Shown here piece by piece: positions 50,282-58,897 of a stretch of DNA of 64,000 nucleotides (the first letter of the stretch is position 1; each line of letters starts with the position of its first letter). A program made the position numbers and the translations under genes. The DNA comes from Candidatus Latescibacterota bacterium (GTDB lineage Bacteria; Latescibacterota; UBA2968; UBA8231), in contig OZ220089.1 in assembly GCA_964291625.2 (NCBI GenBank), forward strand, positions 1,536,001-1,600,000. Reading direction: 5' to 3'. The notes below the pieces were generated by a model. The model was not told the DNA's origin. It made no database searches and saw nothing but the letters and a program-made list of their open reading frames with translations.

Positions 50282-51187
50282 CTACGCGGCCTGGCTACTC
50301 AATCCCTCACTCGCGTAGTGCGCTACGAGCCAGTCGATCTCGGGCCGTCGTTCCACGACGAATCTTCGTTCCCCCGCCAGTCCCTGAATCTCAAGACCCA
50401 TCCGTGCGTGCTCCGTCTGCACGGCTGTCTCGTACAGGTCCTCGGCCATCATGCAGAAGGCGTTGCCCGGACCACCGCGGCGCCATGACGCCTCCTGCAC
50501 CGGGGCCTGGATCGGGCCGTCCTCGGCGTCGCCCCCAAAGGCCCTCGCCAGGGAGTAGCACAGGATGTGCGCGGGGATCGCCTTGGTCCCCCGGTGGACC
50601 TCGTAGTAGCCGCTCGTGCGGTAGTGGGAGAGCAGGCCCAGCTCGGTGAAGGGAGACTCCTGCGCCTCCTCCGGATCGACCCCCCGGTCGGGGATGCTTC
50701 TCGAATAGCTCAGGAGCAGGCAGCTCGCGTCGCGGTCCAGCGTGCGGGGACTCGGGACGCGGCCGCGCTGCATCTGCAGGAACCGTTGCAGGCTGTCGAG
50801 GCAGACCGCCTTGTCGAACCGCTGCAGCTTGAAGTTGTTGAAGAACCAGTCCCAGGTGACGGCGTGGGCCGGGCTGCTGATCAGGTTCACGTGCAGCGCC
50901 CACCAGGTGCCGATGTCGGTGAAGTAGGGGTCGCGCTCCCAGACGAGGCGGCCCAGGCCGGAGGGTTGCAGCAGGGCGCTCTTGCGGGGCCGGCCTCCTC
51001 CGACCTGCTCGCACAGGCCGGTCGCCTGCAGCCAGTGGCGGATCGACTTGGCCATGTTGCGGCCCACGCCGAGCCAGTCGGCGACGTGCTCGTCGCCCAG
51101 CTTCTCGGGCTCCTCGGCCACCAGCTTCAGCCCCTTGTGCAGCCACCCCTCCCGGACGGGGAAGGTCTCGTGTCCTCCGAACCTCAT
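50282..51187 (-). CDS. sspB: DUF4007 protein, SspB-like nickase
   Basis: FGGHETFPVREGWLHKG, LGVGRNMAKSIRHWL, DPYF..TWWALH, SPFTELGLL. Confidence 0.85.
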   Translation of the reverse strand: MRFGGHETFPVREGWLHKGLKLVAEEPEKLGDEHVADWLGVGRNMAKSIRHWLQATGLCEQVGGGRPRKSALLQPSGLGRLVWERDPYFTDIGTWWALHVNLISSPAHAVTWDWFFNNFKLQRFDKAVCLDSLQRFLQMQRGRVPSPRTLDRDASCLLLSYSRSIPDRGVDPEEAQESPFTELGLLSHYRTSGYYEVHRGTKAIPAHILCYSLARAFGGDAEDGPIQAPVQEASWRRGGPGNAFCMMAEDLYETAVQTEHARMGLEIQGLAGERRFVVERRPEIDWLVAHYASEGLSSQAA

Positions 51188-52371
51188 TCCGCCACCCCCG
51201 ACAGCTCCATCCGGTCCGCCGCCTTCCACCCGGAGAACGCCCGGACCCGGTGCACCTCCTCCGCCACGGCCGCGCAGGCGGCCTCCACTTCCTCCGCGTC
51301 GTTCAGCACGGACAGACTGAAGCGGACGCTGCCGTAGGCCTCCTCCTCGGACAGGCCCATGGCCCGCAGCACGTGCGACGGCTCCGGCCGTTGGTTGGTG
51401 CACGCCGAGCTCTGCGAGCATCGGACCCCGCGCTGATCCAGGCGCGCCACCAGCGCCTCTCCATCCACCCCGTGGAAGAGCAGGTTCGTGGTGTTGCACA
51501 CACGGGTGCGGGTGTCACCGTTCACGGTCACGCCGCCGCAGCGGTCCATGATCTCCCTCTCGAGCCGGTCGCGCAGACTGCCGAGGCGGGCGATCGTCTC
51601 GTCCAGGGATTCCTGGCGCAGCCGGGCCGCGCACCCCATGCCCGCGATGCCGGGGACGTTCTCGGTGCCGGCGCGCAGGCCGGACTCCTGATCGCCGCCG
51701 TCCAGGAGGCCCTGGAGTGCGGCGCCAGGCCTGACGTAGAGGGCGCCCACGCCCACGGGGGCATGGAACTTGTGGCCCGCAATCGACGCGTAGTCGAGGG
51801 GCAGATCCCGGAGCGACACCGGCAGCTTGCCCACCGCCTGGGCCGCGTCCGTGTGGAAGGGCACCCCCGCTGCGGCGCACAACCGCCCGATCTCCTCGAT
51901 CGGCTGAACCACCCCCGTCTCACTGTTGACCCACTGCACCGAGACCAGGGCGGCCTCTTCGGCAAGAGCCCTCCGCAGGTCGTCGGGATCGATGAGGCCG
52001 CTGCGCCCGACGGGCAGCAGCACGACATCCGTCCCTTCGCGGCTGCACCTGTCGAGGGCGGCGAGGACGGAGGAGTGCTCGACCCGGGTGGAGACGATCC
52101 TCCGGCCGAGACCGGAGAAGCTGCGGAGGACGGTGTTGTTGGCCTCGGTGGCGCCGCTGGTGAAGACGATGGAGGCGGGGCCGCAGCCGAGGAGGGAGGC
52201 CAGCGAGGAGCGGGCCTCGCGCAACTGCCCGCGGGCGCGCTCGCCGGCGGTGTGGCTGCTGGAGGGATTGCCGAAGGCGGCGAGGGCGTTCAGCACCGCG
52301 GCGCGGACCTCCGGCAGGGGCGGGGTCGTGGCGTTGTTGTCGAGATAGACCTCGGGGGGCGGGTGGCTCAA
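51184..52371 (-). CDS. sspA: cysteine desulfurase, SspA/IscS-like
   Basis: YLDNNATT, FTSGATE, HTDAAQ, GHKF, RAGTEN, SSAC; ATGA overlap with sspB. Confidence 0.88.
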   Translation of the reverse strand: MSHPPPEVYLDNNATTPPLPEVRAAVLNALAAFGNPSSSHTAGERARGQLREARSSLASLLGCGPASIVFTSGATEANNTVLRSFSGLGRRIVSTRVEHSSVLAALDRCSREGTDVVLLPVGRSGLIDPDDLRRALAEEAALVSVQWVNSETGVVQPIEEIGRLCAAAGVPFHTDAAQAVGKLPVSLRDLPLDYASIAGHKFHAPVGVGALYVRPGAALQGLLDGGDQESGLRAGTENVPGIAGMGCAARLRQESLDETIARLGSLRDRLEREIMDRCGGVTVNGDTRTRVCNTTNLLFHGVDGEALVARLDQRGVRCSQSSACTNQRPEPSHVLRAMGLSEEEAYGSVRFSLSVLNDAEEVEAACAAVAEEVHRVRAFSGWKAADRMELSGVAE

Positions 52372-52502
52372 GGTCTGGTAGTTTCCCGGGGGGAGAGGGG
52401 GAGGCTGCGCGCGAAACCTTACCCCCAGTCGGGGAGGGGGGCAAGTGCCTCATCTACTTGGGCAATATACTGCTCAAATATATACTGCCGCAAGGCTGGC
52501 AA

Positions 52503-53831
52503 TCACCACGTAGGAGGACGCCCCAAAGGCGATTCAAGGCCATGATTCCTGAGGTGGTTGTCTATCACCCAAGATGATACGGAGAAGCCATTGGCGACTC
52601 GTTCCAGACTCTCCGGCGAGTAGTCGCCCCTGAGTCTGTCGTCTACCGAATGCCAAGGGCTGAGAAACTCCGCAGCGAAGGCCCGCTGCATCTTCTGGCG
52701 ATAGCTGTAGGACCTCGTGGCAGGAAGCAGTGCTTCCCCGCGCATGGAAAACAGCAAGCTGTCACCCAGGAGCCGAGCGGCATCGAACCTTCTCCCGGTC
52801 TTGCTGCGGGAACGAAGAGCCAGTTTCCTGCCGCCCGCATCCCCCAGGATCCAAGAGAATTGATCGGTCAGTTTCTGGCTGCTGATGGCACTCGAGATCG
52901 TTCCCAAGAGTTCAGCGAGCTTGCGGTCTTCGACCGGATCGCCATTCAAGTCTGCCGCGCCGCGGATCTCCTTGGCCAAATCAGAGCCGACCTTCCACGC
53001 GGGGGTAGTGAAGGCATGCGCACCAGAGTCGATCCCCTCGAAGCCTTCCGTGTTGATCCCTTCCATTGGAAGGTCACTATCGCCGGCGATCCCGTCCTCA
53101 AGTCGAACATCAAAGCCCTTCTCTTGAGTAAGGGACCTTATCTCCGAGGCCGAAATCAGGTGGTCCACTCCACCTGATCCCAAGGCAATCTCTTCTGCCG
53201 CCGTTCTACCCAACTCGCTGATCTCCCTTTGTCGGGAGATCAGATCATCAGAGTCAAGATCGTCCGGGTCCGCACCGAGCAGTGCTTCGAACTTCCTGAA
53301 CCGAGAAAGCTCGCGATCTTCTCTTTCGCGAGAGAGGTCTTCCCATAGAACCGACAGATCCGAGCCCTGCTCCGTCGTATCCAGGAACTCTCCGATAAAG
53401 CGGTCGACTTCGGAAACGAAGTCTGTGCGAGGAATCTGCACGACCTTGTCTGCCAGATACCTGAAGATCATGGGATGTTCGTCATCGGAGGACGGCTTGG
53501 ATTCCAGATAGGTAAAGACCCCGTCCGAGTGAATCGTGATCCGGGGCCACAGCCATCCTTCTCCTACGGCGAGCATGGAGTGGGCAAGATCCCATTCGTC
53601 ATGGCCTGACTGACCCGACGGGTAGGGCTCCCAGTTCAGCCTCCACCAATTCCAGACCAGCCAATAGGCCAACGGCTGCGGATCGATCACTGGGCCTTCG
53701 CGATAGATGGGTTGCCCATCCTCTCCCGCAACCAAGCCCTGAGTCAGGCACCGGTCGTCCGCCATGATTCTCAACAATCCCACGCCGGGCTCAGAAGCCC
53801 CATAGGTGCTGATGCTGAAATCCAGACTCAT
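52503..53831 (-). CDS. hypothetical protein with degenerate ImmA/IrrE-like C-terminus
   Basis: LAYWLVWNWWRL; GRRFDAARLLGD..QRAFAAEFLSP (M78-like but lacking HExxH). Confidence 0.6.
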   Translation of the reverse strand: MSLDFSISTYGASEPGVGLLRIMADDRCLTQGLVAGEDGQPIYREGPVIDPQPLAYWLVWNWWRLNWEPYPSGQSGHDEWDLAHSMLAVGEGWLWPRITIHSDGVFTYLESKPSSDDEHPMIFRYLADKVVQIPRTDFVSEVDRFIGEFLDTTEQGSDLSVLWEDLSREREDRELSRFRKFEALLGADPDDLDSDDLISRQREISELGRTAAEEIALGSGGVDHLISASEIRSLTQEKGFDVRLEDGIAGDSDLPMEGINTEGFEGIDSGAHAFTTPAWKVGSDLAKEIRGAADLNGDPVEDRKLAELLGTISSAISSQKLTDQFSWILGDAGGRKLALRSRSKTGRRFDAARLLGDSLLFSMRGEALLPATRSYSYRQKMQRAFAAEFLSPWHSVDDRLRGDYSPESLERVANGFSVSSWVIDNHLRNHGLESPLGRPPTW

Positions 53832-54247
53832 CCGGCACCCTTCCATCTCTTGAGGACTTCCCTGCTGAGTCTCTTGCCAACTCTGTCATTCCGATCGTCC
53901 AATCGGTATCCATGGTATGTGCCACGAGACTGATTGGCCTCATAGACCCATCCCTCGTGATCTACCGCCCAGACGTTCTTGGGAAGACCATTGATCGATC
54001 TGGAACTCACTGTTCGACGACGAACTCCTTCCCGGAATAGCCTCCTGGCTTCCAGGAGAGACATCTGCCTCTTGTCATCGCAAGGAGACTTGTCTGGCCC
54101 CAGCCCTCTGTCCCTGGTCCGATCCAAGTGTCTCGGATCCGGTATGAACAAGGAGGGCTTCATCTTCGACTGCAGATCTTCCGGGACATCGGCGGGGCGA
54201 ATCAGCCGTCGGTGAGGACTCCCTCTTCTACGTGAAGGAGACTTCAC
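53828..54247 (-). CDS. small basic hypothetical protein (putative toxin)
   Basis: PKNVWAVD..VYEA..YHGY; ATGA overlap with the downstream gene. Confidence 0.6.
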   Translation of the reverse strand: MKSPSRRRGSPHRRLIRPADVPEDLQSKMKPSLFIPDPRHLDRTRDRGLGPDKSPCDDKRQMSLLEARRLFREGVRRRTVSSRSINGLPKNVWAVDHEGWVYEANQSRGTYHGYRLDDRNDRVGKRLSREVLKRWKGAG

Positions 54248-54354
54248 GGGGCGTATCCTACGGACTCCATCTGGTAGGACTCCTCCTGGGGGACGATCAC
54301 CCTGACATCTTCGTCGAGGGACTCTTGCGACGGTATCACGACATAGATCGGCAT
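54244..54354 (-). CDS. 36-aa mini-ORF (possibly a truncated gene)
   Basis: MPIYVVIPSQ..GYAP; GTGA overlap with the 54247 start. Confidence 0.3.
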   Translation of the reverse strand: MPIYVVIPSQESLDEDVRVIVPQEESYQMESVGYAP

Positions 54355-54364
54355 GTAGCGGTTC

Positions 54365-54664
54365 TCAGAAGAGCCTGGCGACGGTCACGGCCAGTCCCGT
54401 TGCTGCCACCATGCCCCCCAGGACGCCCGCCAGGACCCACGCTTTGGTGGCCGTATGCCTCGACCGTTCCTTGAGAGTCGTTACATCGGTCCGAATCTCG
54501 TCGGTGGTTATACGGATAGCTTCAGAAGTGGACTCCAGTTGGGTCAGTCGACTCTCGACCAGCTCTCGGTTGAGAGGGGCCGGACTGCCTTCCGGAGGGC
54601 CAACTGCTCCAGGGTTCGACATAGGCGTTACTCCAGTCCCAGGGGCCAAGGTCCTGTCTACCAT
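54365..54664 (-). CDS. small coiled-coil protein with C-terminal TM helix
   Basis: VESRLTQLE..DVTTLKE..ATKAWVLAGVLGG; start uncertain. Confidence 0.55.
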   Translation of the reverse strand: MVDRTLAPGTGVTPMSNPGAVGPPEGSPAPLNRELVESRLTQLESTSEAIRITTDEIRTDVTTLKERSRHTATKAWVLAGVLGGMVAATGLAVTVARLF

Positions 54665-54744
54665 GGTAACGGCCGGGGCCCTCAACGGCCAACCGCCCTT
54701 TGGCTCGCAACTTCCATGCCATCACCCAGCGACCGCCTTCGCCC

Positions 54745-56190
54745 CTACTGCCCCCGCCCCGCGAACGCCGCCCCTCCGTCCTCCTCCCACCCCCCGCCCA
54801 CCGGCCGCAGCTGCCCCGCGCCCGTCACCTCCCAGTGCCGGCCGTCCCGCTCGCCGCCGGCGCCGTGGCGGTGGAACCAGTCCTCCAGCAGGACATGCAG
54901 CTCGCGGCGGCGGACGGCGTAGCCCGCGTCGTCGGCCAGATTCGCGCGTTCGTCCGGATCGTCTTTCAGGTGGTACAGCTCCGCCGGCAGCTCCCGGCCG
55001 CGGTCGACGTACTTCCAGTCCCGGGTGCGGACCATGCGCGAGGCGCCGTACTCGGCGCAGCGGCTGCCGTCGACCACAACGGCCTCGCGGCCATCCGTGC
55101 CGCCGCCAGCATCCGCATCGTCGCCACCCCCAAGCAGTCCCGCGAAGCTGCGTCCCGAGCGGCCGCCTCCCCCGTCGTCCGGCTCCGGCAGTCCCGCGTG
55201 TTCCAGCAGGGTGGGGAAGAGGTCGCAGGCGCTGAACAGGCCGGGCTCGGCCGCGCCCTGGGGCACCCGCCCGGGCTGGCTGACGAGGAAGGGCACGGTC
55301 ACGGAGTTCTCGTACATGTTGAGCGGGAAGGTGCCGTTGCCCTTGCCCCAGAACCCGTGATGGCCGCAGCTGAAGCCGTTGTCGCTGGCGAAGACGACCA
55401 GGGTCCGCTCGCGCACGCCGAGGTGCTCCAGGCGGTCGAGGAGGCGCACCACGTCGGCGTCCAGGGCGGTGACCGCGGCGAAGTAGCCCTTGAGCATCTC
55501 GCGGTTGCCGAGGCAGCTCTCGGACAGGCCGTGGCCGCGGGCCCAGTCGTGGATCGGCTCCTGGGGGCAGGAGTCGAAGGGGCAGTCGTCGTAGGAGTCG
55601 ACGATCTCCTGGGGGTGGCCGGTCCAGGGCGAGTGGGGGGCCGTGTAGTGGACGCCGAGGTAGAAGGGCGCGTCGCCGCCGGCGTGGGTGTCGAGGAAGT
55701 TCAGGGCGTCGTCGGTGATCAGGTTGGTCACGTAGCCGTCCTCGGTCACCAGCTGCCCGTCGCGGATCATCGGGGGGCGGTTGTAGTCGCCGCCGCCGCG
55801 CTGGTGGACGTACCAGTGCGAGAACCCGTGCTGCACGAGCTGGCTGTGGCCGAGGTGCCACTTGCCGGACAGACCGACCGTGTAGCCGTGGGCGGCGAGG
55901 ATGTCGGTGTAGGCGGTCTCGCCCTCCAGGTAGAGGGCCGCGTCGTCGCCGACGTTGCCGTCGCGGATCCAGTCGTGGACGCCGTGCTGGGACGGCATGC
56001 GGCCGGTGAGGAAGCTGGCGCGGCTCGGCGAGCAGACCGGCGAGGCGCAGAGGAAGTGCTCGAAGCGGACCCCGGTGGCGGCGATGCGGTCGAGGCCGGG
56101 GGTGCGGATCTCGTCGTTGCCGGCGCACCCGAGGGCCCAGGGCCCCTGGTCGTCGGTGAGGATGAAGAGGATGTTGGGCCGTTCGGTCAT
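54745..56190 (-). CDS. sulfatase
   Basis: PNILFILTDDQG, CSPSR, GKWHLG, SDNG. Confidence 0.92.
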   Translation of the reverse strand: MTERPNILFILTDDQGPWALGCAGNDEIRTPGLDRIAATGVRFEHFLCASPVCSPSRASFLTGRMPSQHGVHDWIRDGNVGDDAALYLEGETAYTDILAAHGYTVGLSGKWHLGHSQLVQHGFSHWYVHQRGGGDYNRPPMIRDGQLVTEDGYVTNLITDDALNFLDTHAGGDAPFYLGVHYTAPHSPWTGHPQEIVDSYDDCPFDSCPQEPIHDWARGHGLSESCLGNREMLKGYFAAVTALDADVVRLLDRLEHLGVRERTLVVFASDNGFSCGHHGFWGKGNGTFPLNMYENSVTVPFLVSQPGRVPQGAAEPGLFSACDLFPTLLEHAGLPEPDDGGGGRSGRSFAGLLGGGDDADAGGGTDGREAVVVDGSRCAEYGASRMVRTRDWKYVDRGRELPAELYHLKDDPDERANLADDAGYAVRRRELHVLLEDWFHRHGAGGERDGRHWEVTGAGQLRPVGGGWEEDGGAAFAGRGQ

Positions 56191-57197
56191 GGGGCGCTCC
56201 CCGGGTCCCAGGGTTCCACGGCGACGCGGGCGCCGCTGTCCGAGGACTCCCGGGCGGCGTCGGCCACCGCCTGCACCCGGTACCCGGTGACGCCGTCGCA
56301 GACCGGCTCGCGGCCCTCCCGCGCGGCGCTCACGAAGTCCTCGATCATGGGCTGGTCGAAGTACGGGGCCTGCAGGGGCTCGACGGGGACCGACTCCCGG
56401 CCCGAGGCGGTCTCCACCTCGATCGCCTCGCCGCCGTACTCCAGTCCGTCGATGACGATGCGGCCGTGGGTGCCGTCGACCTCGGCGAAGTCGCGGCGCG
56501 GGTTGGAGGTGAGGATCGTCGAGTGGACGCCGGCGGTGCCGTCGGCGAAGCGCAGCAGCAGGGCGTCGGTGTCGTCCACCGGCCAGTCGTGGTGGACGGT
56601 GTCGAGGAGGCCGCAGACCTCCACCGCCTCGCTGCCGGCGAGGTTGAGGAGGACCTCGATGCGGTGCACGGCCATCTCCATCAGGGCCCCGCCGATGCCG
56701 GGCTGGATCTGCCACGGCCCCGAGCCGAGGCCGCCGCCGCCGCTGTAGTGGGTGCGGGTGAAGACCTTGGGGCCGATCTCGCCGGCCGCCAGCCGCCGCT
56801 TCGCCTCCAGCACCTGGGGGAAGAGCCGGCGGCGGTAGGCGACGCCGAGGGCGACCCCGGCCTCGCGGCAGGCCTCCACCATGCGGCGGGCCTCGTGGCG
56901 GTCGCGGGCCATCGGCTTCTCGCAGAGGACGTGCTTGCGGGCAGCCGCGGCGGCGAGGGTGTGCTCGCAGTGGGTGTCGGTGGGGGTGGCCACGATGACC
57001 GCCTCCACGGCGTCGTCGGCGAGCAGGCGCTCTGCGGAGTCGTAGGCGGCGCAGCCGCCGAAGCGGCGGGCGAAGTCGCGGGCGCCGTCCGCGTCGCGGC
57101 GGCAGACGGCGGCCAGGTCGGTCTCGCGGGCGTTCAGCAGACTGGGGGCGAAGGAGCTGGCGGCGATGGAGCCGCAGCCGATGATGCCGAATCTCAT
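56187..57197 (-). CDS. Gfo/Idh/MocA family oxidoreductase
   Basis: FGIIGCG, VATP..H, HVLCEKP, GGALME..VH. Confidence 0.9.
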   Translation of the reverse strand: MRFGIIGCGSIAASSFAPSLLNARETDLAAVCRRDADGARDFARRFGGCAAYDSAERLLADDAVEAVIVATPTDTHCEHTLAAAAARKHVLCEKPMARDRHEARRMVEACREAGVALGVAYRRRLFPQVLEAKRRLAAGEIGPKVFTRTHYSGGGGLGSGPWQIQPGIGGALMEMAVHRIEVLLNLAGSEAVEVCGLLDTVHHDWPVDDTDALLLRFADGTAGVHSTILTSNPRRDFAEVDGTHGRIVIDGLEYGGEAIEVETASGRESVPVEPLQAPYFDQPMIEDFVSAAREGREPVCDGVTGYRVQAVADAARESSDSGARVAVEPWDPGSAP

Positions 57198-57458
57198 GGC
57201 GGGGATCCTCCGGAAGGGGGGCCTTGCTTCGGCCGGGGGAGATGCTCTGGGCGGCAAGCCACCGGCGGCCGGGCGCGCCCCCGTACGGCGAGAGCCTCGG
57301 CAGGCCCCGTGGGGGCACGGCTCATGGCCTGGGAGCCTCCGGGCGGCGAGCCACCGGGTGGCGGCGGCGCTCCGGCCGGCAGAGGTGCACGGGCCGGGGA
57401 GCCTCCGGGTGGCGTTCCGGCGCGGCGCGGTCCTCGGCAGGCCCGGTACCGGCGCGGC

Positions 57459-58304
57459 TCATGCGGATTCCCCCTCGGCCAGGCCGTCGGCGGTCCACAC
57501 GAAACGGGGGCGCCAGCCGAAGGCGGCCTCCGCCCGGGCGCAGCTCATGGGCGAGCGGCGGCCGGGCAGCTCTTCCCGGACCTCGGTGGCGGCGCCGAAG
57601 AGGCGCTCCACGAGGACGGCCGTCTCCTCGCTGGCGATGGTGCTGCGGCCCGTGAGGTTGTAGACCCCCGGCTCGACGCTGTCCGCCTCGACGGCGAGGG
57701 TGCAGGCGCGGGCGGCGTCGCGCACGTCGGTCCGCGTCCACAGCAGGCCCACGCCCGAGGCGGGATCTTCCCTCAGGGGTTCGATCTGCGGGGGGATCTC
57801 CCCGGGCCGGCGGATGCCCATGAAGCGGAAGGTGACGGCCTCGAGGCCGTGGCGCTCGCAGAAATAGCCGGCCGCCTGTTCGCCGGCGATCTTGGCCAGG
57901 GAGTAGCTGTTCTGCGGGCGCAGGGGGTGGTCCTCGTCGACGGGGACGTAGACGGGGGGACTGAGCTTGAAGCCGTAGACCTGGGCGCTGGAGGCGGTGA
58001 CGACGCGGCGGATGCCGAGGTCGGCGCAGGCCCTCAGGACGTGGAAGACGCCGGCGCTGTTGGCGGTGTAGACCTCGGTGTCGGGAACGCTGCCGGACCA
58101 GGCGGCGAGGTGGACGACGGCGTCGGCGCCGGCCAGGCCGGAGTAGACGTGGCCGGCGTCGGTGAGGTCGGAGGCGAGGTGGCGGACGCCGGGATGGTCG
58201 CCGCGGCGCAGGTCGAGCCCCGTCACCTCGTGGCCGCGGCCGGCGAGATCGGCCACGACCGCGGCGCCGATGCGGCCGGCGCTGCCGGTGACGGCGACTC
58301 TCAC
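57459..58304 (-). CDS. NAD-dependent epimerase/dehydratase
   Basis: VTGSAGRIG, VVHLAA, YSLAK. Confidence 0.9.
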   Translation of the reverse strand: MRVAVTGSAGRIGAAVVADLAGRGHEVTGLDLRRGDHPGVRHLASDLTDAGHVYSGLAGADAVVHLAAWSGSVPDTEVYTANSAGVFHVLRACADLGIRRVVTASSAQVYGFKLSPPVYVPVDEDHPLRPQNSYSLAKIAGEQAAGYFCERHGLEAVTFRFMGIRRPGEIPPQIEPLREDPASGVGLLWTRTDVRDAARACTLAVEADSVEPGVYNLTGRSTIASEETAVLVERLFGAATEVREELPGRRSPMSCARAEAAFGWRPRFVWTADGLAEGESA

Positions 58305-58312
58305 GGGGCGCC

Positions 58313-58834
58313 TCAGGCCCCGGGCATGTCCGCCGCTTCCGGCGCCGGGGTGCGCTGGCTCAGCTCCTGGTCGAGCATGAAGAGGCCGGCGTTGCTGTCG
58401 GCCACCAGCTTGAGCCTCTGCAGCAGGTCGTAGGCGACGGCCTCCTCCTCGACCTGCTCGTTGACGAACCACTGCATGAAGGCGAGGGTGGCGTGGTCCT
58501 TCTCGCCCATGGCCAGGTCGCAGAGATGGTGGATGCGGCGGCTGTTGTCGCGCTCGCTCTCGAGAGCGGCCTCGAAGGCGCGGGTCGGGTCGTCCCACTC
58601 GGCCACCGGCTCGGCCAGGGGCAGCAGCTTCACGCGCCCCTCCCGGTCGATGATGAACTGGTAGATCTTCAGCGCGTGGGCGCGCTCTTCCTGGTACTGG
58701 ATGCGCATCCAGTGGGCGAAGCCCTTGAGGTCGATCGACTCGAAGTAGGCCGACTGCGCCAGGTACTGGTAGGCCGACTGCAGCTCGGCGTTCACCTGCT
58801 CATTGAGGGCGCGCTCCATCTCCCGGGTCAGCAT
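58313..58834 (-). CDS. ftnA: ferritin
   Basis: LNEQVNAE..Y..EEraH..QWFVNEQVEEE ferroxidase residues. Confidence 0.93.
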   Translation of the reverse strand: MLTREMERALNEQVNAELQSAYQYLAQSAYFESIDLKGFAHWMRIQYQEERAHALKIYQFIIDREGRVKLLPLAEPVAEWDDPTRAFEAALESERDNSRRIHHLCDLAMGEKDHATLAFMQWFVNEQVEEEAVAYDLLQRLKLVADSNAGLFMLDQELSQRTPAPEAADMPGA

Positions 58835-58897
58835 CGGTTCACCTCCGCGATGGGTCCCCCGGCCGGACAGCGCCGCGGAACATGTGGGCTGGTGCCG

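Noticed and set aside
49407-52371. BREX or Dnd system; housekeeping cysH/iscS
   Set aside because: No pglX/pglZ/brxC or dndD/dndE; no isc or cys neighbours; DUF4007 plus this gene order fits Ssp
52465-52490. LexA SOS box
   Set aside because: Direct repeat rather than the CTG-N10-CAG palindrome
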